A DNA stretch of 64,000 nt, from NCBI GenBank assembly GCA_951406725.2, contig OX597819.1, positions 28,520,001-28,584,000 on the forward strand. Reading direction: 5' to 3'. Under the pieces are notes generated by a model. That model saw nothing but the letters and a program-made list of their open reading frames with translations. It made no database searches and had not been told where the DNA came from. Within the stretch, counting starts at the first letter, position 1. Every line of letters starts with the position of its first letter. Position numbers and translations under genes: made by a program. Of this stretch, positions 25,042 to 38,910 are shown one piece after another. The stretch comes from Octopus vulgaris (Eukaryota).

Positions 25042-27156
25042 ATGAGTGAAATGTGTATCATAAACGATATTTTGAGAAATAGTTTTTCGAAAAGAGACTT
25101 CGATGGAAAATAATTAATTATAAATGGTGGGAGACCAACACCGAATTTACCTAATTTGCGAAGCTACAACAAGAAATTCACGAGACAATTTCAGGTTAAA
25201 TTGTATGAAAAGAAAAAATGGTTAACTGGAAGTGTTGCTCTTAATAAATTATTCTGTTGGCCTTGTTTACTTTTTGACTGAGAAAAGAATGTTTGGAATG
25301 ATAAAGGCTATTATGATTTAAATAATTTACATATGGCTATGCTAAAGCACGAGTGTTCTCAAAGGTATATAAAATGTTTGATAGAGGATCTTAAAATATT
25401 CAGGAATGTTGGCATAGACTTACAATTAGATGCATGTAAAAATCAAAGCATACAACATCATAATGAGAAAGTTAGACGAAACAGATCTATTCTGCAACAA
25501 TTGATCGATGTTGTTATTTTTTTAGGCCTCCAGGAATTATCGTTTCGTGGGTCATTTTGAACCTGAAGGTTCTAATAATCGTAGAAATTATAAAGAACTC
25601 GTATATTTAATCAGTAAATATGACAAAAAAATGGAAAGTCATCTAGATACAGCTTCTATCTTCACCGGTCTGTCAAAAAGAATTCAAAATGACTTGATCG
25701 AAGCAATTCATAAAGTTATGTTGAATGAGATGCAAAAGAAATTCGAACAAGCTAAGTTTGTTTCTCTTCTTGTTGATGAGACATCTGATGTCTCAGCATC
25801 TTCACAACTGTCAACAGTTTTACGTTATGTTTAACGAAGACTGTGTGACGAAAGAACAATTTATCGGTTTTAGTGATGTTAGTGCAGATCTATCTGCAAA
25901 TGCTTTATCTGAACATGTTTTTAAATGCATTGAGACGTGGGAATGTGGAAACAAATTGATTGCACAGACATATGATGGTGCCGCTACAATGGCAGGACAA
26001 CTAAATGGGTTACAGGCAAAAGTAAGAAAGAAATATGAATGTGCAATCTTTATTCATTGTTGTGCCCACATCTTCAATTTAGTTCTTTCACAATCATGCT
26101 CTGCTATGAAAGAATGCAAGATATTTTAATCTACAATAAACGGACTCTTTTCATTTTTTCGAAATCACCGAAAAGGGCTAATGCATTAGATAACATTGTT
26201 AAAAAAAGATTTCCGAAAGCAACAGCAACTAGATGGAATTACTCCTCACGTCTTATTATTATCACAAAGGAAAATTATAATTTCATAATCAACTTTTTTG
26301 AACACATCATTGAAAATCCTGAAGCATGGGATGATACCACCATAAATTCAGCAATTGAATTCTTACACACTTTAAAAGCTCCTGATTTCTTATTTTTGTT
26401 AGAAGTATTCAGTGACATTTTTTCTTTTACTGACGTCTTATTTAACATCCTCCAGAGTAAAAGTCATGACATAGTGTATTGTAAAGAGCAAATAGCTAAA
26501 ATTAGAGCTGTACTCGAAAACAAACTTGATAATTTTTCAATCTTTTATGATATGTTAGGGGGGGAAATATGGAGTCGATGAGATCCAAGAATGTATCTAT
26601 TGAGCCCCAAAGGCATTATAGAATGCTTTATGACAAAATTATCAGTACAATAGTTGACCGAATAAAAGCACGATATTCATCCTTAGAAGAGTTTAAATTC
26701 ATGGAACTTTTGAATTTTGAACAAAGTTGATGAGTATTGCAAACAATTTCCTGTGGACTCTTTAGATTTTTAAGAACAACTTATGGTAGATTTTTTGATG
26801 TAAGTGAGCTCAATGTGATGTATTCAATGAAAGATTCTAAAAAGCGAAGTGTAAGTCATTTAATGAGTTACATTTGCAGCAGTGATCTTGTTGAAGCTAT
26901 GCCAGAACTCTTCAATCTGTGCAAGTTGATTTTTGACAATTCCGTCTACCACTGCTTCTGTAGAGCGATCCTTTTCTGCATTAAGTAGAATTAAAACATA
27001 CCAAAGAAATGCGACAGGAGAAAGAAGACTGTCTGGGTTAGCACTAATGCCAATTGAAAAAAAATTATTACAACAATTGATGAAAAGAGAAAATTTCTAT
27101 GAAATTGTGATATATTGGCCCAGAAAGATCGAAGAATTGAATTAATTTATAAATGA
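25042..27156 (+). pseudogene. hAT transposase (TTF zinc finger, DUF4371-like region, hAT C-terminal dimerisation domain), disrupted
   Basis: KKWLTGSVALNKLFCWPCLLF, LSFRG(H), IQNDLIE, LLVDETSD, AQTYDGA, HCCAH, TRW and TTASVERSFSALSRIKTYQRN...RLSGLALM, with stops and frameshifts. Confidence 0.92.
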
Positions 27157-28130
27157 GGTAAATAACAATTTTACAACATTAAAAAAATTAATATATTAAA
27201 GGGCATATATTACAGGTTTTGCTTAGTGTTTGTTATAACGTAAGGTTCGACCTTCTTACATCAGTATTGTTTCGCAGGAGAAATGTTTCGACTTCTTCGT
27301 CAAACCTAACCTACATAGATTTTCCTTTCTGTGCTGCTAGGTGTAGTCTATTTAGTGTCTTGTTTCACTTTCAATAAGTGTCTTGTTTCAATCTCAGAGA
27401 TGTTGACTTCTGCCACAACAGTTTTGGGGGGCTTTTTACACTGTTGAATTTTCGCTGTCTTTCATTGTGTGTGTATTCATGTATATGCGTGTATTTTCAA
27501 TGTGTGTGCGTGAGACGTAGTCTTTTAATGTACGGAGTTCAGTAAGTCACAGAACAGTCAATAATTTTCCCGGAATTGACAAGTAGCATCATAAAGCACC
27601 TGACTTGTCTTCGAGAGCGTAACGATCTAAAACCATGGCCATATAATGTAACTAAATGTGTTCTTTTAATTAAATCATTTCAAATTGATTCGGCTCAACC
27701 AATAGGTACAGGGGCTAATGCAGAATCGCACCTCTTTGAAAAACGAATTTTTGTGAAAAATTTTTTTCGGATTCCTACCTTTAACAGAGATTCTGAATAT
27801 GCAAAAATATTGACAGAATCCAATTTCATCTTTATTACATTCCACTTATGATTTTTAGACTTTTTTAAGGGAAAGTGAGGATGGGAAAGTACTGACGTTT
27901 CGAAGAGCAAAGAATAATACAAACAATACACTTATTTCAGGCTCATCTCTGCACAGCCATTTTTTATTCCCTGTTTATTCTAGGTCATACGGGGGTGATT
28001 GCATATTCAGAATCTCCCATATGCAAATCGTAGGAATACGAAAATGTTTTTACTGAAAAATTGCAGGGTGGGAGGGCGGTGGGGGAATGAAATTCATTGC
28101 ATGCCCAACCCCGAAAGTCACCGCACGCCA

Positions 28131-28214
<84 letters not shown>

Positions 28215-29928
28215 TGCTGGATTTTTTAATGTCTCTGTGACTTAGCAGTTCAGCAATAAGAGACTGATAAATAAGTATTGGGCCTCGTGGGGGAACTGAC
28301 AATCTGTATTTTTGTCCCCTATTTCTGTCTCTCTGTCTCACTATAAACCTTTCATCATCTGACACAAGATCTTCCCCCTCCACCCCACCAAAGCTCCCTC
28401 CCCTCCCAAAGGATCCTTGCAAGTTACTTGGTGACCCTGCCAATGCTGATGCCACTTAAAAATGGTCTGATGATATGAAGTTCTTGAGAAGACCCACCTA
28501 TGTCAGTGAAACTGAGTTCTAGAAGCACTTTGTGTTCCACTCACATGTAACAAGTAAACTTTTCACATGCCTTACCCTGACAAACCACACACACCCTACC
28601 CCAACAAACCAAACTGCAACTCTTCTCTTCCTCACATCTCCTTCATGCACTATGCTTATCTCTCACTCTTCAATCCTGTCCTCATTACCCTGTTCACTGT
28701 ATCATTGCTATCCAGTAGCTCCCTCACCTATACACTCAGGTTTTCACCACTCACTACATTCCCCTCTCCCACTCTCTACCTACACTTCTTTGGCAATGCT
28801 CTGCCACTCATATTATGACATCTGTACCTCAAGGGTATAACTTGGCACTTGCTGACATCTCCCTTTCTATCTTCTTTTCCTCGACCATCCCCTTTATATT
28901 CTGATCCTCGTCCCTTGTGAGTATGCCTGGCATTTTGGCACCATCTCTTCCCTGCTCTCTCTTGCATTCCTGTTGTCTCCCACTCTCTCTCTCTTCTTCT
29001 CCTGCCCTTCCCTCAAGTTGGGTAACCATGTATCTCTTTTACAGCAACACACCTGTTTCTGTCCTCATTTTCCCTCTCTCTCTCTCTCACCCCTTTTCTC
29101 TGGCCAGGTAACCATATACCTTCCCTACAGCAAGACACCCATTTCTGCCTCACTATAAACCTTTTATCATCTGACACAAGATCCCCTCTGCCAATGCCCT
29201 CTCCCCACTCAAAGAATCCTTGTCTTGCAAATTATTTGGAGACCCTGACAGTGCTGGTGCCACTTAAAGAGCGTCCAGTCCACACTGTAAAGTGGTTGGC
29301 ATTTGGAAGGGCATCCAGCTATAAAAATCATACTAAACTGACCTCGCCTATGCTTTGTGCCATGTAAAAAGCACTCTGTGGAGTGGTTGGTGTTAACAAG
29401 GGCATCCAGCCATAAAAACCCTGTCAGAACAGACACAGAAGTTTGGTGCAGGCTCCTACCTGGCCAGCTCCTGTCTAACCATCCAATCCATGCCAGCATG
29501 GAAGGAGGACATTAAATGATGATGATGATTATGACGATTACACACACACACACACTCACACACGCATACTACTAAACATTATATCTAATTTTTTTGCTGA
29601 ATTGTGTATTTGTTTCTTTATGTGTCAGATATTTGTTATTGATCTTCTATAATAATGAAGCGGTATCCCTTAATTTACTGTGTCTGTATACACATACCGA
29701 GATGAAATCTTGCAGAACAGATGTCATTTTAATGAAATACATATTCTCACCTGTGGAGACACATCTACACTGACGGATACACCTAAACCAGATGTTCAGC
29801 ATCCCACATGTGAGGAATGAATGCTAGAGCGATTGAAACAATTGTAGTGATCAATAAACATTCTTGTATCTTCCATCTTCCATCTCTCTCATTAATCAAT
29901 ATATATATTTGTATAACAAAGTAGGGAG

Positions 29929-29939
29929 ACAAATGTATG

Positions 29940-29982
<43 letters not shown>

Positions 29983-30131
29983 AGGGTAGGACAGAAAGAA
30001 CAAGACAAAACCAACATACAGAAAAATAGATGATAACATAACAAACCGGAAACTAGACAAAAAGAAGATACACAGACCATTCACAGCAGTTTTCCTTATC
30101 AGTCAGAGTCTGGAAAATCCTAATGGTTTCA

Positions 30132-30177
<46 letters not shown>

Positions 30178-30271
30178 CGAGTGTATTTTGTTTTTGTCTA
30201 GTTTCCTGTTTGTCATGTTATCATCTATTTTTCTGTAGGTCAGTTTTGACGTGCTCTTTCTGTCCTACCCT

Positions 30272-30312
<41 letters not shown>

Positions 30313-30330
30313 TATACATACATACATTTG
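29929..30330. repeat. Inverted duplication of ~140 bp (Penelope pseudo-LTR-like)
   Basis: 29929-30072 is the reverse complement of 30181-30330 (CATCAAGGGTAGGACAGAAAGA...GGAAACTAGACAAAAA versus TTTTTGTCTAGTTTCC...TCTTTCTGTCCTACCCTTGATG). Confidence 0.85.
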
Positions 30331-30371
30331 TATACACACACACACACACGCACACACACACACATATATAG

Positions 30372-30860
30372 TATACAATGAAGATTGATTCAGTGCAACA
30401 GATGAGCTACTGGGAGCAGCTAAAGACCTGAAGGTCTAATTTTTTGAGAGATGTGAAAAATATAGTGAGCTACACAGAAAAGTTCCTGAAAGGTCTAGTT
30501 CCCAGTTTTGGAACTGAAAGCTATACCAACCACTGAACCAGCTGGTACTACATAGTACCAAAGATCCCATCTCCATCATCTAGAATACTGCAATATCTTA
30601 GGTTTCTAGGGATCCCAATTTTCTAACATTCTGCCCAACAACCTCAGAGATCTGCGAGGTGTAGATGAGGAGGTTCTTAAAGAATGTTTGGATAAATATT
30701 TAGCTGAGATACCGGATTAACTCACATCATAACAGGAGGCACAAAGAAAAGAAGCTCCATCCAACTTGTTACTTTGCAAGAAACAATTTTGGAAAGAATA
30801 CCAACCACACTAAAGATGGTGTCCCAACATTGCCTCAACCTTTTATTGAAACCAATAAAA
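30372..30860 (+). mobile_element. Old CR1-group LINE 3' fragment
   Basis: SYWEQLK...GLVP...NILPNNLRDLRGVDEEVLKECLDKYLAEIPD, the same type of C-terminus as 13258-14092. Confidence 0.65.
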
Positions 30861-31103
30861 AATTTTAAAAAGTATATATATATGAACACACACACACACA
30901 CACACACTTATATGTATGCGCATAAATATGTGCGTGTGTGTGTGTAACAAAAGTAAAAGTACTTTGTTAAAACTTTCTCCTCGTCTGGTGTATGCACGCA
31001 TGAATGTGTTTGTGTGTGTACATACACACATACACACACACACAAATATATATGAAATATGTATGTATGTATGTGTATGTATACATGCATAAATATATGT
31101 ATA

Positions 31104-31138
<35 letters not shown>

Positions 31139-31173
31139 ATATATATATATATATATATACATACAAATATATA

Positions 31174-31222
<49 letters not shown>

Positions 31223-31301
31223 GTACATATGTATGTATGTACGTATGTGCGTATCTATCTATCTGACTATATATATATATATATATGCATTTATATATAT
31301 G

Positions 31302-31343
<42 letters not shown>

Positions 31344-31774
31344 CACACACACATACATATATGAAGGAAGACAGGAATAGATACTTGGTTAAAACTTTCT
31401 CTTCGTCTGGCAAGAGATGTTTTTCTAAGATATAGAATAATTAAGTTGTATTCAAGAGAAAGTTTTAAATTTAGCTAGAACTAATTCATGATATATCATG
31501 GAAAAGAGGTAGGAACAACAGATTTGATGTTGGTGGTACCATCTTCTACTGGAGCCTATCAAACCAAGTTCTATGATTGAACATGAAAATATCACACCGA
31601 ATATTTTATCTCTTAGAATAAGTGTATTTAATGAAGCAGTGAGAGGAATTTTTGCATATATCAATTATGTGTCTGCAGATGCATGTGTTTGCATGTATGG
31701 TAACATGCTAGCATGCAAATTATTTTGGCTGCCAATATTTCAGGGTTTTTGTGTCTGCATGAAATATCAGTACA

Positions 31775-31792
31775 TATCTATCTATCTATCTG

Positions 31793-31869
<77 letters not shown>

Positions 31870-31877
31870 ATCTTATC

Positions 31878-31968
<91 letters not shown>

Positions 31969-31994
31969 ATCTGTCTGTCTGTTTATATAGATGT

Positions 31995-32038
<44 letters not shown>

Positions 32039-32290
32039 GTGTATGTATGTATGTAATATCTATATATATGTATATACATGCATACATACATGTATACATA
32101 CATACACACACATATATATATACATATATATATATATGTACATATATATATACATATATATATATGGATATATACAGGCATACATGCATACGCATATGTA
32201 CATACATACTTACATACACACATACATGCATGCATGTATACATATATACATGCATACACACACAGACGCATACACATGCATACATAGATG
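31775..32290. repeat. (TCTA)n plus (TA)/(CA) compound microsatellite
   Basis: Direct inspection. Confidence 0.95.
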
Positions 32291-35200
32291 TAAAAAATCT
32301 GTGTGTGTATGCTTATGTGAAAGAAGATAGCTTAATGTGTATGCATATGTGTCTATCATGCATGTGCATGTGGATAATGAATACCATTCAAAGTTTCCAG
32401 ACCATTTTGATAAGCTCTCACGAATATTTGGTTCACTAGATGATTTTTACTGTTTGTTGTGATGATGAGGATGATGTGGATAAGGATGATGATGATAATG
32501 ATAGCGGCATTGCTTGATGATGGCACTGACAATGATGATGATGATGATCATGATCATGATCATCATCATTATTATTAACATCAACATCATCATCACTACT
32601 TCATATCTCATCACACTTATTGCTGAAATAATGTAAATAATTATAAATATACTTTCTTGTATTTGACCTTAATAGGGACTAAATTGTTTGTTTATTAAAC
32701 CTAAAATGGAAAAAAAATAAAATTATATTATCAACTATATTTTTTACCGACTAATTTTACCCAATTGATCTCCAATTAAAATTAAGAATTTCTTAAACAC
32801 ACGAATACTCAGAAAATTGTGCTCCATTAGAAAACAGAAAAAAAACTGTATAAAATTTTGACAAGAAATTGAAGTTTCTCTTTTACTTTTATAATATTAA
32901 ATGCAAAATTCTGTCTGTTCAGTAGCTCTGTATCTCAGTTTACATTTGTTCTACATAGACATAATATAGCTTTTTTGGAATCAGGTTGTTTCCAGGATTG
33001 AAAATCTGCTCTTCATTTGGTTCTTGAACATCCAGCATTGGAATGTGATTTAAAAGCATTTGGATTGCTATTTCTAGCAGGTAAAGCTTGGCTGATTCAC
33101 ACCATCTTGTTTGTCGTTTGTCAGATGATGTCAGAGATCAAGGAGGAGATAAATGACATTTGCTTCATTAATTTTATGTCAAGATAAGAACTTTGGGATA
33201 AATTGACCAACAGTTGGAATTCAACTTGGGACTGGAACTATAGAATGGTTGAATTAAAGAATTAATTCTCATCTGTCCTTAACTTCTGATAAAACTCCAT
33301 CAGGGAATATAGTCATTATAGATGTATTATAGTAATGCTGTTTAGCTCTCTTTGGTTTTGAGCTGCAGGCTCAATTAGCCCTCCACAAGAGCTAGTATAA
33401 AAGTCCGCACAGAGTGTAGCTTCTAAGCTAGTTTTTCATATTTCTCACTATTTCTCTTGCTCCAATATTTTCATCTTTCCTAGGTATTTTAACTTTAATT
33501 CTTTCATTATTTAAACTTTCATTCCTTTTCCTCTTTGCCTCAATCCTTCATCATAATTTTCTCTCTAAAACTTGTTCATTTATTGTTGTTGTTGCTTAAC
33601 AACAGTTCAACACTGACCAAGCAGATCTATAATCAAATATATTCCAATTATGATCACCCTGTTTTTTAGTAATCAAGGCCTACATTATCCAATGTTTTCT
33701 TTATTTAAGATAATATAACACGAGTTGGCTGAGTCAGAGGACTGCGCTAAGCTCTATTGTCTGCTTTGGCATGGTTTCTACAGCTGGATTCCTTTTCTAA
33801 TGTCAACCATTTTACAGAGTATACTTGGTACTTTTTACATGGTACTTGTTTCAATGTAGTCACCTATAACTTGCAAGGCAAGACCATTCGATTGCAGAGG
33901 GGAGTAGTATTGAAGAAGGTAACTTTGTGCCAGGTGATGGAAGAGGAGATAAATGGCTATCCCAGTTGGAAATGAGAGAGTAGGAGAGAGAGGAGAGAGA
34001 AAGAAGAGAGAGAGAGAGAGAAAAGATTTTGTGCTGATTCAATAACCATCAAGAAGTTATTTTATTGCATTAAATAGGTGTATTTTGAGCCTAAGCCTAA
34101 AGAAGTGCAGTATCATGATTCTACATTATTGCCAAAAGGTTCTAAGTTTAAACTTCACCTTAATCAATTTCACTCTCAAATATCTGAAATAAAAAAACAA
34201 ACAATTCTACAAGGATAAAAATTCTATGGTAAGCGCTAATACTGTCATTTCCTTCCTTCTAGCAATATTTGAAAATAAACATTCATGGCTCCTCCCATTA
34301 AGGATATGTTACTTTTAATACTTACTAAAGCCCCTTGCTTAGGCCATCAATGACTTTTCTCCATTGCTCTCAACTGTAGAGTGTTGAGAATTTTAAGGCT
34401 TTCCTCCCCCAGTTCTTGTTGGTTTTGAATTGTCATCAGGGCTTCTGTAACTTTGCAATTATTTCTATATAGGAACATTAACCCTACACAAACCCATTTT
34501 TATTTCTGAGAAGAGATGGTCAAGAGGTGGTCCATATTATACTAGCCTTTGTCCTTTGACCTGTCCAGTATGGAAAACCCTACCTGGATCTTGTGTTCTG
34601 CTGACATAGCTGTCAGGGTCATTGAGGCACTCAAGCCACCACACTTGACCTTGTAGTGAACATTGCTTTTATAGTCAACTCCTTCAATTTATGCTCAGAA
34701 CTGAATAAGCATGATATATTCAAAATAATGTCCCCATGGGTTGTTTCAAATTATTCCAGTTGCTATCTTCTTATGTGATGTCAAGTGACTCGTGAGGTCT
34801 CTCATGAGTGCTACTGGTAACATGGAATCCGCTACAACCTGCTGTATGATCACATCATCAACAACTAAAATGGCACCCCCACCAGGCTTACTTGGTATGA
34901 TTTAGTGGAGACCTAGTAGGACTTAAAACAAGACCTAGTGTAGGTTCAATGACTATCTAGCTATAGCATAGGCCCTCAAGAATTCCGGTTTTGAATCCAG
35001 CATGCCGAAAGACCACTGGGAGTGAGGTACCCCTTACCTTTTGTTAAAGCATGTCTCTGGAACCCGCTTCAAACTCAGGTTACATCTGATCCAATAATTA
35101 GCAGTGACAGAGTCAGTGAATTTTCTGTGACGGTCAATAATGGATGGTAAGATGAGCTACTGTGGATCACACAATCCTTAAGTGTGCATGTGATCAGAGA

Positions 35201-35935
35201 TCACATGTGAACTTGTAGCCTCACTGAAACTCTGAACATGACTTGTTGGTCAGAGCTGGCTCAACCAACCCTACCATAAGCACAAGTAATAAATATCTTC
35301 TTATGATCAATCTGCTTTGACAAATTTAACTAGAGCTAATTAATTGAAAAAAAAAAATTCTTATAAGAGAAAGAAATTTTGGCATCATCATTGTTAGCGC
35401 TAGTAATAATTCAATGTTTCTCATAAGAGGAACAGCTTCACCCTTGGGGAGGCTGTGAAAATTGAAATAAAGGAAGACAAATTACTAAGTTTAATAAAAT
35501 TTAGATTTTTTAAAAACTTTTCAAATTTATTCAACATAAAAATGAATGAAAAAATAATGATAGGAATGCAAATAGTGTTCTGCCATCTCATGGGAGGTGG
35601 GGTGAGGGGGTGCAAAGAGTTTCCATAATGTTTTTTGGTGAGGTCTGGTATTTCTCAGTTTGACAACTACTTCTATAAATCATTATCAAGTCATTAATGA
35701 TTTAGTAGTTCAGAATCTGGGAACATATTTTATTGCTCTTTTAATGTAGCGGGGGGGGGGGGGGATTCTTAATTGCCATATGTGTTAAAGAACAACATGA
35801 TGTTTATCATCGTTTCTAAAGTAGGAATGTAGGGAACCTGGATGCTGTAAATCACAGTAAAGGCAACTTACCTTGATGGGTAGTAACTACATGTAAATAC
35901 TGAAGCAGGATAGAAGGGACACTAGTCCTCTTGTA

Positions 35936-36154
35936 TATTTCTTTATTACCCACAAGGGGCTAAACATAGGGGGTACAAACAAGGACAGACAAAGGGATCA
36001 AGTCGATTACATCGACCCCAGTGTGCAACTGGTACTTAATTTATCGACTCTGAAAGGATGAAAGGCAAAGTCGACCTTGGTGGAATTTGAACTCACAACG
36101 TAACGGCAGACAAAATACGACTACGTATTTCGCCCGGCGTGCTAACGTTTCTGC
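35936..36154 (-). mobile_element. SINE family B
   Basis: Reverse complement of the 7558 family; 16-bp TSD CACTAGTCCTCTTGTA at 35920-35935 and 36155-36170. Confidence 0.9.
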
Positions 36155-37357
36155 CACTAGTCCTCTTGTAGACAACCTGTCTACTGTTGGTGGCATGATA
36201 AAATACACCCAGCCCATACTGGAAAGTGGTTAGCGAGAGAATAGCATCCAGTAATAAACAAACCATAACAAAGCATTACACAACATCACTCATTGGCTGT
36301 TTTCTCTGTTATTGTATGTGCCAGATGATGAAGGATGGCCACAAGGAGTGTGATGGTGTTACTCATCCATCCTGTGCTGATGTGAAAAATACAGATGTAA
36401 AATGATGATGACAATAGTGATGAGGATGATGATGATGATGGCAGCAATGACACTGATGTTGAAGATTTTGATGACACACCAATGGAAATTTCAACATCAT
36501 GTTGTATTTCAAGAGAAGATACAACAAAGTCAATTCCCAGCTCTAATGGAATATCGAATCCATCTCAATACACTAAAGAAACCCTTTACCCAAGAGGCTC
36601 AGCTAGTATCCTGAACTAAACTTACCAATTACTGTGTCTGTTTATGGCAATGAGTAACTGTACCTCCCCATAGACTACTTTGACTCTACAAGCCCATGAG
36701 GCAGAAACTTATCTAGGTTTCCAGGTTGTTTAACTCTTTTGTCATCACATTTCTGATGAAAGGCACTGCCTTTCATAGTTTATCATCATCATCAATTAAC
36801 GTCTGCTTTCCATGCTTGGCGTAGGTTGGACAGTTTGATATGGAGCTGGCCAGCTGGGAACTGTCCAGGCTCAAGTTGTCTGTTGTAGTATGGTTTCTAT
36901 GGCTGGATACCCTTCATAACACCAACCACTTAACTGAGTGTGCAGGGTACTTTTTTTATGTGCAACCTCCATGGGTGCATTTACACAGCACTGGTCATCA
37001 TTTAACATCCACTTTCCATGCTGGCATGGGTTGGACAGTTTGATATGGAGCTGGCCAGACTACAGTTGTCTGTTGTGGCACGGTTTCAGTTAATTTTTAA
37101 AATAATGAAGAAATTGGTAAAAGAACTTTGTCCTTATAAAGATGGTCTTTGGGACATAGCAGGAAATTTTGATGTAAGGTTTTAGTTTCAATCAATTTAA
37201 AACAAAGTTTGCATCACAGAACCAGGGCCGTCTTGGGCAGGCTGGTATCAAAAGGGTTTAAGAAACTGAAAGTTTAAAATTCTACTTCCTGAATGGGACA
37301 TCAGACTGTTAAAATATCAGCCTTTCAGCTGCCATTGGTACTCGTTTTCAACCGAGT

Positions 37358-37665
37358 TGCTTGTTTGTTCCTTCTCGAGCCATGCCTGGCTCATAAGGGC
37401 CGGTTTCCCAGTTTCCTTGGCATATAGGTTTCCCACCTGGACAGGACGTCAGTCCATCACAGGTGAGCTGCAAGATGCAGGAGGAAAGAGTGAGAGAAAG
37501 TCGTGGTGAAAGAGTTAGCAGAAGTTTGCCATTACCTTCTGCCGGAGCCACGTGGAACTTAGGTGTTTTCGCTCATAAACACACACATCACCCAGTCTGA
37601 GATTCGAACTCGCGATCCCTTGACCGCGAGTCCGCTGCTCTAACCACTAGGCCATGTACCTCCAC
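37358..37665 (-). mobile_element. tRNA-derived SINE (head type C variant, tail type 3)
   Basis: Reverse complement of 60219-60519; TSD TTTCAAC(C/T)GAGT. Confidence 0.85.
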
Positions 37666-38252
37666 TTTCAACTGAGTGGACTACAGCAACCTGAAATGAT
37701 GTGTCTTGCTAAAGGATATATCATGCTAGTGTGTCCAAGAATTGAATCAACACCTTAATGATCCGGAGCCTAACAATCTGACCACTCAGCTGCACACCTT
37801 CACATAGCTTTCCATGAGTATCTATAAAGAACCGGCTGAACACTTACAGCAACAGAGACAGTCAGTATATAAGATGTTGATATTTTTTTAAAAACAAAAT
37901 ATTGCCCAGCAGGCCAACACTCTATTCACTCAACTATGTGTACTGTCTAGAAATGTTTTGCTTCAAATATGAATAAAACAAAAGAAATCACAGAGAATTA
38001 GATTCATTCACTTCTTCCCTCACCAATTTACCCACCTTCACATCAATGAAAGTCTATAGAGCTTGTTTTCAACCATTCACAATGAAGTGAGTATTATTAT
38101 TATGGACATGATTACTGCTGTTGGTGTTGTTGATGTTATAGTTATTGTACTTTCAAAAGTTAAGAAGTAGTGGTGTAATATAGTGTATGTGTGTGTGTAT
38201 GTATGTGTGCGTATATATATATATATATGTGCATATATATATATACACATAC

Positions 38253-38296
<44 letters not shown>

Positions 38297-38361
38297 ATTC
38301 GTTAGCTACTGCACGCATTTTTTTTCTCTCCTTCTTTCTGTGTTTTTTTTCTCTCTGTGTA

Positions 38362-38399
38362 TCTTTCTGTTGAAGAGCGTAGGCTCGAAACGTTAAAGA
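38362..38399 (+). ncRNA. Minimal type I hammerhead-like motif (core variant), probably in a Penelope pseudo-LTR relic
   Basis: TCTTT-CTGTTGA-A-GAGC-GTAG-GCTC-GAAA-CG-TT-AAAGA: stem I TCTTT/AAAGA, stem II GAGC/GCTC, palindromic AACGTT stem III. The core has U instead of A6. Confidence 0.45.
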
Positions 38400-38496
38400 C
38401 TTGTTTTATTTATATTTCCTGAGCGGCATACTAATACAATTGTTCGTTTGTTTTCCACCTGCCTTCGTCTTTTGTTTATTTTCATAAAGCTTCCTG

Positions 38497-38533
<37 letters not shown>

Positions 38534-38534
<1 letters not shown>

Positions 38535-38831
38535 TAGCAGTATCGCCCGGCGTTGCTCGGGTTTGTAAGGGAAATAACTATATAAGCATTTTTAGAGAGT
38601 TACTTCCCTTATTTAATAGCGAAAAATGAATTAAAATGGAATAAAATGATGGTAATTTTTTTTTTTAAATTGTAGACTCATCGTAGATGCACGCTAATAC
38701 CCTGAAGGGCTCGATATGAATCACGACTATAAGATACCCGGTTTTGGTTAAACTGCAGCGCAAAATGTGTGAGTAGTTAGGAATCTAAATCCTAGGAGAC
38801 AGACACACAACCTTACTTTTATATATAAAGA
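38534..38831 (-). mobile_element. Complete non-autonomous Helitron (~298 bp)
   Basis: Minus strand starts A|TCTTTATATATAAAAG and ends with hairpin CCCGAGCAACGCCGGG...CTAG|T. No TSD; inserted in (TA)n. Confidence 0.85.

Positions 38832-38910
<79 letters not shown>

Larger units (their letters stand above)
23668..28132 (+). mobile_element. hAT-superfamily DNA transposon, near full length and decayed
   Basis: Left end CAGGGGCGTGC; right end GCACGCCACT (reverse complement AGTGGCGTGC). Flanks CTCTCTCT and CTCTCGCT form a near-perfect 8-bp TSD. Subterminal tandem repeats at 23840-24185 and an internal transposase. Confidence 0.75.

Noticed and set aside
25333-27145. Host ZMYM1/PRKRIR-like zinc-finger gene
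   Set aside because: Intronless, several stops and frameshifts, and flanked by hAT-like termini.
36753-36776. CTGATGA followed by a hairpin
   Set aside because: No downstream GAAA or NUH. It appears to be part of an old TTAA-flanked MITE-like repeat (about 36730-37260).
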